The notes below the pieces were generated by a model. That model saw nothing but the letters and a program-made list of their open reading frames with translations, was not told where the DNA came from and made no database searches. From Chiayiivirga sp. (GTDB taxonomy: Bacteria > Pseudomonadota > Gammaproteobacteria > Xanthomonadales > Xanthomonadaceae): a stretch of DNA of 64,000 bases. The position numbers were made by a program, and so were the translations under genes. Numbering within the stretch: the first letter of the stretch is position 1; every line of letters begins with the position of its first letter. Shown here piece after piece: positions 48,089-58,187 of the stretch. The DNA is taken from the NCBI GenBank assembly GCA_035703435.1, contig DASSYF010000016.1, positions 5,429 to 69,428 of the forward strand. Direction: 5' to 3'.

Positions 48089-50296
48089 TCACAGTTGCAG
48101 CAACAGGGCCAAGAGGCCATTCCAGAACGAGCGAGCCTCCGTTCCCCAGCGACGTGATGCCTGCGAATCGGGTTCGACCGTGCGGGCGTTGTCGAGTTTG
48201 TCGAAGTCCAGATGCCGCACGCCGTCAGGGTCGATCGTCACCTGTGTGGCACGCGCCTTGGTGTGCAACACCAGTCGCTTCCAGAGCCGATCATCGTCCC
48301 ATTTGAAATCCTGAGTGCTGTCATCGGCAAACTGCACGCGCACTGCCTCGGCCGTGGTGTCGGCGCGACGCAGCAACACGGTGGTGGTGTAGGGATACGG
48401 CCCGCCCACACCGTCCTTGGCATCGGGATTGGCGTCATCCCAGGCCTTGCGCGCCGCGTCCACCGCTTCGTCGCGCGCCTCTTCGGTGGTTTCCACCCAT
48501 TGGCCCGATTCGTTGGTGCCAAAGCCCAACGCCGGCTTGTCGGCACGGCTGTCGAAACTCACCACCCAGGCGCCGGTCTTGCGCGAGTCGTACACATGCC
48601 GCGCAAACAGATCTTCCACCACCGCTCGTTCGCCCGTGCCCACGGCCAGGGCTTCGCGCAGGTCGGCGCTCGATGGATGACGGAACTTCCAGAGCTCGTA
48701 ATAGTGCTTGAACGCACGCTCCAGTTTTTCCGTGCCGACGCGCGCTTCCAGCTCGCGCAACATCGTCGCGGTGCGACTGTAGATCGTGCTGTAGCTGCCG
48801 CTGGTATAGCGATCCCAGGCACTGTGGCCCAGCGCATCGACGGGGTCATTGAGGCCCGCCGCCAAGGCTTCACCATCGAAGGGGCCAATGCTCGGGTCGA
48901 TGCCCAGCCACTTCATCCAGCGAGGGGTGATCCGCACGCCATCGGGGTGGCGCTCCGCCAGCATTCGCTGATCCCAGAATTCATTGAGGCCCTCGTCCAT
49001 CCAGGGCTCCTCGAACTCGTTGCTGGCGAGGATGCCGTAGAAGTAGCCGTGACCGAACTCGTGCACGGTGACGAAATCCAAACCGAAGCGTGCGACGCTG
49101 CCTTTGGCCGGATCACTGTAACCGGAGGCGGTGAAGAAGGTCGGATACTCCATGCCACCGGCTTCGTTCGCGTTGTAGGGCGGAATCACCACCGTCACGC
49201 TGCGGTAGGGGTAGGCACCCAAGGTGCGCGAGAAGTAGTCGAGCGAATCCTTGGTGGCCTGCAGCGCAGGCGCAGCGCTCTTTTCGTACTCGGGTGGAAA
49301 CAGCACGCGCAACTGCACCTCGGGCCCGTTCTCGAAGCGCCAGGTGTCGGTCAGGGGCTCGGCGTAGTTGGCATCGGCGGTCCAGGCAAAGTCGTGCACG
49401 TCCTCTTGCACATAGCGATAGCGCGTGCGGCCTTCAGCGACGGTCGGCGTGCCGGTCAGCACGCCGGTGGCACCCACTTTGACCTCGGTCGGAACATTGA
49501 GGGTGACATCGAAGCGACCGAAATCGGCATAGAACTCGCTGTGCACGTGGAACTCGTGCACGTTCCAGCGGGGTGCGACGGCACCGCGCTCGCCCGGCAA
49601 CTCCAGCACGCCGATCTTGGGATACCACTGGCCCACCAGATGGAAACTGCCGAACCAACCGGTGCGTGCCACCACGCGCGGCAATTGATCGAAGAAGTCG
49701 ATGTCGAGCGTCAGCGTCGCGCCCGCTGCCACCGGTTCCGGCAGATCCAGCCGCACGACCGTGCGATCGCTCTTGGGACCGCCATCGGGTTGCACGAACG
49801 TCCAGGGCACTTCCACACCGGCCTGCTGCACCTTGTCGAGCCGGATGAATCCCCATTCGCCTTCCTTGGTCGGAACATCCGAGCGAAAGTTGAAATCCGA
49901 CTCGCGCGCCTCGGTGAAGAAGGTGCTGTCGGTGCCCGAGAACGCGTTGAGGTAGAGGTGCATGTAGATGCTGCCCACCGGCTGTGTGCTGCGGTTGCGC
50001 CAGGTCATGCGCAGCTTGCCCACGATCGTGTGTTTTTCCGGATCGAGCGTGGCCTCGATGGTGTAACTCACCACCTGATCGGAGAGTGTGGCCTGATCGG
50101 CTCGTCGTGGGCCGCCCCAGGCATCGGGCGCGCTGAGTACGTGCACCGCACCGGCATCTCCGCGCGCCAGTGGAATCTCCGCCACCGGCGTCGCGGCAGT
50201 CGCTGCAACAACGTGGGTGGTGTCTTGTGCTGCAACCAGCGTCGACAGCAAGGCCGCGATGAGCAGCAAACAGCATGAAATACGCGACATCGGCAA
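48089..50296 (-). CDS. M1 family zinc aminopeptidase, exported
   Basis: 'GGMEYPT', 'HEFGH', 'MDEGLNEF'; signal peptide. Confidence 0.92.
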   Translation of the reverse strand: MPMSRISCCLLLIAALLSTLVAAQDTTHVVAATAATPVAEIPLARGDAGAVHVLSAPDAWGGPRRADQATLSDQVVSYTIEATLDPEKHTIVGKLRMTWRNRSTQPVGSIYMHLYLNAFSGTDSTFFTEARESDFNFRSDVPTKEGEWGFIRLDKVQQAGVEVPWTFVQPDGGPKSDRTVVRLDLPEPVAAGATLTLDIDFFDQLPRVVARTGWFGSFHLVGQWYPKIGVLELPGERGAVAPRWNVHEFHVHSEFYADFGRFDVTLNVPTEVKVGATGVLTGTPTVAEGRTRYRYVQEDVHDFAWTADANYAEPLTDTWRFENGPEVQLRVLFPPEYEKSAAPALQATKDSLDYFSRTLGAYPYRSVTVVIPPYNANEAGGMEYPTFFTASGYSDPAKGSVARFGLDFVTVHEFGHGYFYGILASNEFEEPWMDEGLNEFWDQRMLAERHPDGVRITPRWMKWLGIDPSIGPFDGEALAAGLNDPVDALGHSAWDRYTSGSYSTIYSRTATMLRELEARVGTEKLERAFKHYYELWKFRHPSSADLREALAVGTGERAVVEDLFARHVYDSRKTGAWVVSFDSRADKPALGFGTNESGQWVETTEEARDEAVDAARKAWDDANPDAKDGVGGPYPYTTTVLLRRADTTAEAVRVQFADDSTQDFKWDDDRLWKRLVLHTKARATQVTIDPDGVRHLDFDKLDNARTVEPDSQASRRWGTEARSFWNGLLALLLQL

Positions 50297-50468
50297 ATCC
50301 CCAGGGCAAACCTGAGCCAGCCTGTCGCAAGCGGGCGGCCGCTACACGTGAAGATAGTCATGTTTGAACGCGCAATTCGTGAAAGACCGCCGATTCACGC
50401 ACACATTCGGTCAAACTCCGTCGCCCGCCCACCGGCTGAATTAGGATGCAGGTTCGAACGAGGACGCC

Positions 50469-51101
50469 ATGGCCAAGCTCTACTTCTACTATTCGGCAAT
50501 GAATGCCGGCAAGACCACGACCTTGCTGCAAAGCGCGCACAACTATCACGAACGTGGCATGCGCACCCTGATCCTCACGCCCAAGCTCGACAACCGCTAT
50601 GGCGAGGGCGTTGTGGCTTCGCGCATCGGCTTGTCGGCGCGCGGCCACATCTTCGAACGCAACGAAGACCTCTTGGCCCTGGTGCGGGCCGACAGCGCCG
50701 CCCACGGCCGCCTGCATTGCGTGCTGGTGGACGAAGCCCAGTTTCTGACCAAGACCCAAGCTTGGGCGCTGACCGATGTGGTGGATGAGTTGGACATCCC
50801 CGTGCTCGCGTATGGCTTGCGCACGGACTTTCGCGGCGAATTGTTCGAAGGCAGCCAGTACCTTCTGGCCTGGGCCGATTCCCTCACCGAAATCAAGACC
50901 ATCTGCCACACCGGCCGCAAAGCCACCATGGTGGTGCGCGTGGATGAGCACGGCCGCGCCATCACCGATGGCCCGCAAGTGGAGATCGGCGGCAACGACC
51001 GCTATGTCTCGGTCTCACGCGCCGAATTCAAAAAGATCAGCGCCGGCCACGGCGTCATCGAGCTGCAACAGCCGCGCCTGCCGCTCGGTGATGAGGATTG
51101 A
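50469..51101 (+). CDS. tdk: Thymidine kinase
   Basis: '[10 protein letters not shown]', 'VDEAQFL', 'GLRTDFRG', '[10 protein letters not shown]'. Confidence 0.97.
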   Translation: MAKLYFYYSAMNAGKTTTLLQSAHNYHERGMRTLILTPKLDNRYGEGVVASRIGLSARGHIFERNEDLLALVRADSAAHGRLHCVLVDEAQFLTKTQAWALTDVVDELDIPVLAYGLRTDFRGELFEGSQYLLAWADSLTEIKTICHTGRKATMVVRVDEHGRAITDGPQVEIGGNDRYVSVSRAEFKKISAGHGVIELQQPRLPLGDED

Positions 51102-51135
51102 TCGCCCTGCTCAACACCCCGAGAACAGGCTGTTC

Positions 51136-51195
51136 GTAGGTCGGTCTTCAGCCCGACAGGAGCCCGCCAAAGCGTCGGGATGAATCCCGATCCAC
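51136..51195. repeat. REP doublet, second family
   Basis: GTAGGTCGGTCTTCAGCCCGAC ... GTCGGGATGAATCCCGATCCAC. Confidence 0.65.
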
Positions 51196-51244
51196 GAAGA
51201 GCACCATCCGCCAGCGCTCACAAAACGCGCCACGCGCCCGCACG

Positions 51245-51757
51245 TCAACCCGGTACGAGCCCATCGAGCTGCTGCCGATACGCGCCGCGGGCGGCGAGGA
51301 AAACGTCGAAGGGGAACTTGATCGAAACGCCTTCCAAGGCGGCTGCAAGCATCTCCAAATGGCCTTCGAAGCCCGCACAGGCCTTGGCCGCGTCCTCGCC
51401 GGCGGGGATGCGCACGATGAGGGCGAGGCGGCTGCCGCCCTCGGCATCGCTCAACTGGAAACGCAGCGGGCGTTCGGGCTCGCCAGCATGGCTCCATGAC
51501 CACGACAGCACGCGTTCCGGCTCCCACGCCAGCACGGTCGAATCGATCACCGTGCCGCTGTCGGCAAAATCGATTTTCACCGCGCCACCCAGACGCGGTT
51601 CGAGGTGTCCGGGTGCCAACCATTGGGCCAGCGACGCCGCATCGGTCAGCATCGTCCAGACCGCGGCGCGGCCGTGGCCCAAGTTGCGGCCAAGGTGGCC
51701 TTCCACCGCTTCACCCACGCGCCGCAGCGTACCCAGTTGCAGATCATGCTCGGCCAT
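51245..51757 (-). CDS. SRPBCC/AHSA1 domain protein
   Basis: 'VWTMLTD..SLAQW', 'VLAWEPERVLSWSW', 'GFEGHLEML'. Confidence 0.85.
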   Translation of the reverse strand: MAEHDLQLGTLRRVGEAVEGHLGRNLGHGRAAVWTMLTDAASLAQWLAPGHLEPRLGGAVKIDFADSGTVIDSTVLAWEPERVLSWSWSHAGEPERPLRFQLSDAEGGSRLALIVRIPAGEDAAKACAGFEGHLEMLAAALEGVSIKFPFDVFLAARGAYRQQLDGLVPG

Positions 51758-51964
51758 TGGCCACTCCTGTGATGTGATCGAGCTCGGAGTGTAGCCAAGC
51801 TCATCGCGGCGCAAACTGCTCCAGATCAAGTGTCGACCCGATCCACCGCCACCCGTCGGAATCGAGTGGCGAGAGCACGGCGTTGCGGGTGCCCGCAGTG
51901 CAGCAACACGCCGGCCGGTTTTCCGTTACCGTCGTGCTTTGAATCCGTTGCGGGGAGAGGGTGC

Positions 51965-54709
51965 ATGGTCACACGGATACTTGGCATCGGTGCGATGCTG
52001 GCTCTGGCGGGGCTTGCCCATCTCGCGCATGCCGACACGCACTTTGCGCGGGCATCAGGGCAGGCAGTCGATGCAGCGTACGGCGCCAAGATCGCCCAAT
52101 ACACCACCGATCCACGGTTCAATACCGCGTTGACCGAGTACCTGCCGGCCTCGGCGAGCGTACCCACGCCCGCGAGCGTGCTCGGCGACATTGCGGGGGC
52201 ACCGGATTTTCTGCCCTACACGGCCGATGTGCATCGCTATTTCAGATTGCTTGAAACAGCCACGCCGCGCGTGCGCGTGTTCTCGATCGGCCGGTCGGAG
52301 GAAGGCCGCGAAATGATCGCGGTGGCGATCGCCGATGAAAAAGTGCTGGCCAATCTCGATGTCAATCGCGCGCGCCTCGCGCAGCTCGCCGATCCGCGCA
52401 CGCTGGAATTGGATGATGCCAAGGCGGAGGCTTTGATCGCCGAGACCACGCCGGTCTACTACATCACCGGCACCATGCATTCGACCGAAACCGGTGCGCC
52501 AACCTCATTGATGGAACTGGCCTATCGCCTGGCGGTGGATGAGGCGCCCTACATCCAGCGCATCCGTTCGCAGGTGATCACCCTGATCACGCCGGTGGTC
52601 GAGGTCGATGGCCGAGAACGCATGGTTGATCTCTATCGCTGGCACAAGGCCAACCCGGACAAACAGTATCCGCGTCTGGTGTACTGGGGCCACTACGTCG
52701 CCCACGACAACAACCGCGATGCGATGGCGCTGACGCTTGCACTCAGCCGCAATGTGCTCGATACCTTCGTCGGGGAACACGCGCAGGTATTGCATGACCT
52801 GCACGAATCGGTGCCCTTCCTGTACGACAACACCGTGGGCGATGGGCCCTACAACGCCTGGATCGATCCGATCCTCGTCAACGAGTGGCAGCAGATGGGC
52901 TGGAACAACGTCGAGCAGCTCACCAAGCTCGGCCTGCCGGGCGTTTTCACCCACGGCGACTTCGATACCTGGAGCCCCGGCTACATGATGTTCATGGCCG
53001 CGATGCACAACGGAATCAGCCGACTGTACGAGACCTTCGGCAATGCCGGTGCCGACACGCTTGAACGCATCCTCACGCCGGCCCAGTACCAGCGCACCTG
53101 GTACCGGCCCAATCCGCCCTTGCCCAAGGTGCTGTGGTCACAGCGCAACAACAACAACTACACCCAGGCTGGATTGCTGACGGCGCTGGATTATTTCGTC
53201 GCCCATCGCGAAAGTTTCCTGCGCAATTTCTGGCTCAAGGCCAAGCGTTCGATCCAGAAACCCAACGCGGCCGGACCTGCCGCCTATGTGTTTTCGGCCG
53301 ATGATGCCCAGCGCGGCGCGCAAGCGGAACTGCTGCGCGTGCTTGCAGCCCAGCATGTGGAAATCCACCGCGCCGAACAGGCCTTCACGGTGCAGGTGCC
53401 GCAGCCCTGGGTGAAAAAACCCGAGGACGCCGATCCGCGCAAGCACGAGCCTGAGCAGGCACGCCTGGCACCACGTCAGTTTCCCGCCGGCAGCTACATC
53501 GTGCGCATGGACCAGCCCTATTCGCGCATCGCCGATACCTTGCTCGATCGTCAGTACTGGGCGCCCAACGATCCGCAGAAGCAGCCTTACGACGACACCG
53601 GCTGGTCGCTGGGCGACAGTTTCGGCGTGGATCTGGCGCGCGTGTCGGATGCCACGGTGCTCGCGGTGCCGATGCAGCGCGTGAAGGCGCCGGCTGAGCC
53701 TGCATTCACGCCAGCCGCACTCGGCGCGGATGGCACGATGCCGCGCATCGCGATCATGCACACCTGGCTTTCGACCCAGACCGAAGGCTGGTGGCGCATG
53801 GCACTGGATCGACTTGGGGTGAAGTACGACTACATCAGCACGCAGGATGTTGCACGCGAGGCGAAGCTCGGGCGCACGTACGATGTGATCCTGTTTGCGC
53901 CGGTGGGCATGAGTGATCCGCGCCAGATCGTCGATGGCATGCCGATGTACGGCAACCCGCTGCCGTGGAAAAAGACCGCACTCACCCCCAATCTCGGCCG
54001 CATCGATGCCACCGACGACATGCGCCCCGGCTTGGGTGCGAACGGCTTGGCCAATCTCAAGCAATTCGTGGCCGAGGGCGGCCTGCTCGTGGTCAGCGAA
54101 GACACGGCGGTGTGGTCGATCGAACACGGCATGGCGCCCGGTGTTTCGGTCGTCAAGAAGGACAAGCTGCGCGTCGTCGGAAGCCTGCTGGCCGCGCTGC
54201 GCGTGGATGCCGAAAGCCCGATTGCGCAGGGCCATGACAAGCCCTTTGCGATGTACAGCGCCGAGGGCCTGTCGTTCCAGATCAGCAACCTCGTCAGTGG
54301 CGATCAGCACCTGCCGAGCGCCAAGGACTACAAGCGCCCAACCGGGCGTGGGGGTGTGCACGATGAAGACATTCCCGAGGGTCGTGCCTTCGATGCGCCG
54401 CCAGCACTGCCCTTCGCCAAACCGTGGCAGGCCCTGCCGCTCAATGCCGAGCAGGCGCGCAACAACCCCAACGTGATCCCGCCGGCGATGCGTCCCCGCG
54501 TCATCGTGCGCTGGGCCGACGAAGATCAACTCCTGATCGCAGGGCTGTTGGAACACGGCAAGGAAATGGCCGGCCGTGCCGCCGTGGTCGAGGCCCACTA
54601 CGGCCGTGGTCACGTCCTGCTGTTTGCCAGCAATCCGGTCTGGCGCGGTACCACGATCGGAAGCTATGCGCTATTGCTCGATGCCATGGCGAGTCACGAC
54701 CGACCTTGA
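51965..54709 (+). CDS. M14 family zinc carboxypeptidase, exported
   Basis: 'GRSEEGR', 'MHSTE', 'DNNRD', 'DLHES'; signal peptide. Confidence 0.9.
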   Translation: MVTRILGIGAMLALAGLAHLAHADTHFARASGQAVDAAYGAKIAQYTTDPRFNTALTEYLPASASVPTPASVLGDIAGAPDFLPYTADVHRYFRLLETATPRVRVFSIGRSEEGREMIAVAIADEKVLANLDVNRARLAQLADPRTLELDDAKAEALIAETTPVYYITGTMHSTETGAPTSLMELAYRLAVDEAPYIQRIRSQVITLITPVVEVDGRERMVDLYRWHKANPDKQYPRLVYWGHYVAHDNNRDAMALTLALSRNVLDTFVGEHAQVLHDLHESVPFLYDNTVGDGPYNAWIDPILVNEWQQMGWNNVEQLTKLGLPGVFTHGDFDTWSPGYMMFMAAMHNGISRLYETFGNAGADTLERILTPAQYQRTWYRPNPPLPKVLWSQRNNNNYTQAGLLTALDYFVAHRESFLRNFWLKAKRSIQKPNAAGPAAYVFSADDAQRGAQAELLRVLAAQHVEIHRAEQAFTVQVPQPWVKKPEDADPRKHEPEQARLAPRQFPAGSYIVRMDQPYSRIADTLLDRQYWAPNDPQKQPYDDTGWSLGDSFGVDLARVSDATVLAVPMQRVKAPAEPAFTPAALGADGTMPRIAIMHTWLSTQTEGWWRMALDRLGVKYDYISTQDVAREAKLGRTYDVILFAPVGMSDPRQIVDGMPMYGNPLPWKKTALTPNLGRIDATDDMRPGLGANGLANLKQFVAEGGLLVVSEDTAVWSIEHGMAPGVSVVKKDKLRVVGSLLAALRVDAESPIAQGHDKPFAMYSAEGLSFQISNLVSGDQHLPSAKDYKRPTGRGGVHDEDIPEGRAFDAPPALPFAKPWQALPLNAEQARNNPNVIPPAMRPRVIVRWADEDQLLIAGLLEHGKEMAGRAAVVEAHYGRGHVLLFASNPVWRGTTIGSYALLLDAMASHDRP

Positions 54710-54770
54710 TGCGCCCAATGAGCGTTGACGACGCATCGCACAACGCCTTGGAAACACCCTGAGCCCAGAC

Positions 54771-54799
54771 GGCGGATGCGCTTTGCTTATCCGCCCTAC
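54771..54799 (-). repeat. Single REP-like element, third family
   Basis: Minus strand GTAGGGCGGATAAGCAAAGCGCATCCGCC. Confidence 0.6.
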
Positions 54800-54803
54800 G
54801 GCG

Positions 54804-54830
54804 TAAAAAAAGCCCCGGCGAACCGGGGCT
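54804..54830 (-). terminator. hppA terminator
   Basis: Minus strand AAGCCCCGG-ttcg-CCGGGGCTTTTTT. Confidence 0.75.
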
Positions 54831-54857
54831 TGGGTGGTGCGAGAAACGTGCAGCAGA

Positions 54858-56900
54858 TCAGAGGATCGGCACCAGCAACAAGGCGACGATGTTGATGATC
54901 TTGATCAAGGGATTGATCGCCGGGCCGGCGGTGTCCTTGTAAGGATCGCCCACGGTGTCGCCGGTGACGGCAGCCTTGTGGGCTTCCGAGCCCTTGCCGC
55001 CGTGGTGGCCTTCTTCGATGTACTTCTTGGCGTTGTCCCAGGCACCGCCGCCGGTGCACATGGAGATGGCCACGAACAAACCGGTGACGATGGTGCCCAT
55101 CAAGAGGCCACCCAAGGCGGCCGGCCCGAGGATCACGCCGACCAGGATCGGGATGAGCAGGGGCAGCAGCGAGGGGAAGATCATTTCCTTGATCGCGGCG
55201 CGGGTCAGAAGGTCGACGGCCTTGTCGTACTGCGGCTTGCCGGTGCCTTCCATGATGCCCTTGATTTCGCGGAACTGGCGGCGCACTTCCTCCACCACGG
55301 CGCCGGCGGCGCGGCCCACGGCCTGCATCGCATAGGCACCGAAGAGGTAGGGAATCATGCCGCCGATCAGAAGGCCGATCACGACCTTGGGATCGTTCAC
55401 GGCGAACATGGCGTCGCTGTAGTCGGCGCCCATCTTGTCGGCCAGCTTGTGGGCGTAGTCGGCAAACAACACCAGCGCGGCGAGGCCGGCCGAACCGATG
55501 GCGTAGCCCTTGGTGACGGCCTTGGTGGTGTTGCCCACGGCATCCAACGCATCGGTGGTGGTGCGGATGTCCGAAGGCATGCCGCTCATCTCGGCGATGC
55601 CGCCGGCGTTGTCGGTGATCGGGCCGTAGGCATCGAGTGCCACGATCATGCCGGCCATGGAGAGCATGGCGACGGCGGCGATGGCGATGCCGTAGAGGCC
55701 GGCCAGTTCATGGCAACCCCAGATCGCCAGCGCCACCGCCAGCACCGGCGCAGCGGTGGACTTCATCGACACCGCCAAACCGGCGATGACATTGGTGCCA
55801 TGGCCGGTTTCAGAAGCCTTGGCCACCTGCTGCACCGGGCCGTATTCGGTCGCGGTGTAGTACTCGGTGATGACGACCAGCGCGGCGGTCAGGCCCAGGC
55901 CCGCCAGGGCGCACCAGAACAGGGGCATCGCGAGGGCGGCATCGAACATCGAGGTGATCACGAAGTAGAACGCGATCGCCGCCAGCACGCCGGACACCGA
56001 CAGACCGCGGTAGAGCGCATTCATGATCTTGCCGCCGGGCTTGACCGACACGAAGAACGTACCGATCACCGAGGCCACGATCGACACCGCGCCCAGCACC
56101 AGCGGCAAGAGCGCGCCGTTCCAGCCGTAGGTGGCGAAGGCGATGCCAGCAATCAACATCGCCGCGATCACGGTCACGGCGTAGGTTTCGAACAGGTCCG
56201 CCGCCATACCGGCGCAGTCGCCCACGTTGTCGCCCACGTTGTCGGCGATCACGGCGGGATTGCGCGGGTCATCCTCGGGAATACCGGCTTCGACCTTGCC
56301 GACGAGGTCGGCACCGACGTCAGCGCCCTTGGTGAAGATGCCACCGCCCAGACGGGCGAAGATGGAAATCAGCGAGGAGCCGAAGGCCAGACCGATCATC
56401 GGCGTCAGAGCCGCATCCAGCGCGACCTTGTCGCTGCCGCCCTTGAGCACGAACATGAAGTAGCCGGCCACGCCCAGAAGGCCCAGACCCACCACCAGCA
56501 TGCCGGTGATGGCGCCGCCCTTGAAGCTGACATTGAGTGCGGCGTTGAGGCTCTTGGTGGCCGCCTGCGCGGTACGCACGTTGGCGCGCACCGAGACGAA
56601 CATGCCGATGAAGCCGGCCAGACCGGACAACACCGCGCCGATCAGAAAGCCGATGGCCGTAGGCCAGCCCAGCGCCGGCACGAAACCGATCACCAGGAAC
56701 AGCACCACGCCGACGATGGCGATGGTGGTGTACTGGCGCCGCAGATAGGCGCTGGCGCCTTCCTGCACGGCGGCAGCGATCTGCTGCATGCGCTCGTTGC
56801 CAGCGGGCTGGGCCAGAATCCAGCGAGTGGAGATCACCCCATAAAGAATCGCCAGCACTGCACAGCCCAGCGCCAGCCACAAGCCATATTGCTCAAGCAT
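54858..56900 (-). CDS. hppA: Membrane H+-translocating pyrophosphatase, K+-independent type
   Basis: '[11 protein letters not shown]', 'DNVGDNVGD', '[10 protein letters not shown]'; 'GNTTKA' carries the Lys diagnostic of K+ independence. Confidence 0.96.
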   Translation of the reverse strand: MLEQYGLWLALGCAVLAILYGVISTRWILAQPAGNERMQQIAAAVQEGASAYLRRQYTTIAIVGVVLFLVIGFVPALGWPTAIGFLIGAVLSGLAGFIGMFVSVRANVRTAQAATKSLNAALNVSFKGGAITGMLVVGLGLLGVAGYFMFVLKGGSDKVALDAALTPMIGLAFGSSLISIFARLGGGIFTKGADVGADLVGKVEAGIPEDDPRNPAVIADNVGDNVGDCAGMAADLFETYAVTVIAAMLIAGIAFATYGWNGALLPLVLGAVSIVASVIGTFFVSVKPGGKIMNALYRGLSVSGVLAAIAFYFVITSMFDAALAMPLFWCALAGLGLTAALVVITEYYTATEYGPVQQVAKASETGHGTNVIAGLAVSMKSTAAPVLAVALAIWGCHELAGLYGIAIAAVAMLSMAGMIVALDAYGPITDNAGGIAEMSGMPSDIRTTTDALDAVGNTTKAVTKGYAIGSAGLAALVLFADYAHKLADKMGADYSDAMFAVNDPKVVIGLLIGGMIPYLFGAYAMQAVGRAAGAVVEEVRRQFREIKGIMEGTGKPQYDKAVDLLTRAAIKEMIFPSLLPLLIPILVGVILGPAALGGLLMGTIVTGLFVAISMCTGGGAWDNAKKYIEEGHHGGKGSEAHKAAVTGDTVGDPYKDTAGPAINPLIKIINIVALLLVPIL

Positions 56901-57054
56901 TCCAACACTCCTGCATGATTGAATTTGTCGCGTCGGTGCATCGCGTGGAATCCCCTGCGCGAGGCCAGGGCCGACGCACAACACCGAAGGTCTTACGTGA
57001 AACCGCGCATTTTAGCGGATTTTGGGCGTGGAATCCGTGACTTCGGCGCGTAGC

Positions 57055-57969
57055 TCAGGGCAATCGCTGCCACGGGCAGAAGAATTGCCAGACCGCCGGT
57101 AGCGAGGCCGTGTCGACATAATGTCCGCCGGTGAACTCCGCATAGTCGAGGGTGCTGCCGCTGATCCAACCGGCCGCCAGGAAATAATTGCGATCAGCCC
57201 GAACCCAGTTCAGAACGCTGTCGCTGTCTCCGACGCGCAGACTGACCGGCATCTTTCGTGGCACCTGCGGCAGCACGCTGGCGCACGAGGGCAGGCCCGA
57301 ATAACCGCAGACCTGCGAGGCCAGTGTGGCGCCGGTGATGCCATAGGCGGCAAAGGCATTGATATCCGGCACCGGGTACGGCGACCAGTCGTGCAAGGCC
57401 AGATCATGCAGTGAATTGCCGCCGGCCGAGTAGCCCCAGGCATGGATGCGACTGCGGTCGATGTTGTAGGCGCTGGCCGCGTCCTCGATCACGTCTTTGA
57501 ACATCGGATAGTCCGTGCTCGGCACCCAACCACCCTGACTGCCGGAGCCGATGGGTGAGGCGACAATGAACTTGCCCGCCTGTGCCGTGCTGGCCCACGC
57601 ATTGCGAACGCTTTGCGCAGCCGCAGGGGCCGTGCCGGCACCGCCAGCGCCGTGCAAGGCCAGTACCAGGGGAATCGGGCCGGCAAATGGATAACCGTTC
57701 GGCACGTACAGGTAGTAATTGCGCGCCTGTCCTGACACGATCACGCTGCGCGTCTGAGCGCCCGGGAAGCCGCCGCCGCTGCCGTTGGACGGCTCCTGGT
57801 AGTACAAGGCGTTGCCGTTCTCAAAACCATCGGCAAACAAGGGCGGCGTGCCGCTGCCACACACCCAGGCCGGCAGGCGCCCGGTGCTTGCTGCCATGAG
57901 CGGCGAGCTTGGCGCCACGAGTCCCAGTCCAAGGAGTAGCGCGCAAGAAACGGTGATCGCGTTTTTCAT
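57055..57969 (-). CDS. Secreted alpha/beta hydrolase (PHB depolymerase/esterase-like)
   Basis: Signal peptide; 'LALHGAGG', nucleophile 'GYSAGG', C-terminal 'GGH'. Confidence 0.8.
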   Translation of the reverse strand: MKNAITVSCALLLGLGLVAPSSPLMAASTGRLPAWVCGSGTPPLFADGFENGNALYYQEPSNGSGGGFPGAQTRSVIVSGQARNYYLYVPNGYPFAGPIPLVLALHGAGGAGTAPAAAQSVRNAWASTAQAGKFIVASPIGSGSQGGWVPSTDYPMFKDVIEDAASAYNIDRSRIHAWGYSAGGNSLHDLALHDWSPYPVPDINAFAAYGITGATLASQVCGYSGLPSCASVLPQVPRKMPVSLRVGDSDSVLNWVRADRNYFLAAGWISGSTLDYAEFTGGHYVDTASLPAVWQFFCPWQRLP

Positions 57970-58187
57970 CGCGCCACTTTGGCAAAGTCGTGGCCATCTG
58001 CTCAATGCCTTGCAGACGGCCGGCAGGATCGGGGCGACAGGATGCCAGCCTTTCCGTCTGGGCCGCACCGCCATAGCTGAATCACATACGCCTGCGTAGC
58101 GATGTGCAGGCGCATTCGTCCCCCATTGCGGGCCCGCACAAGCCTTACAATGGGCGTTTCCAACGCTCGCCCGCACGGAGAATCCGC

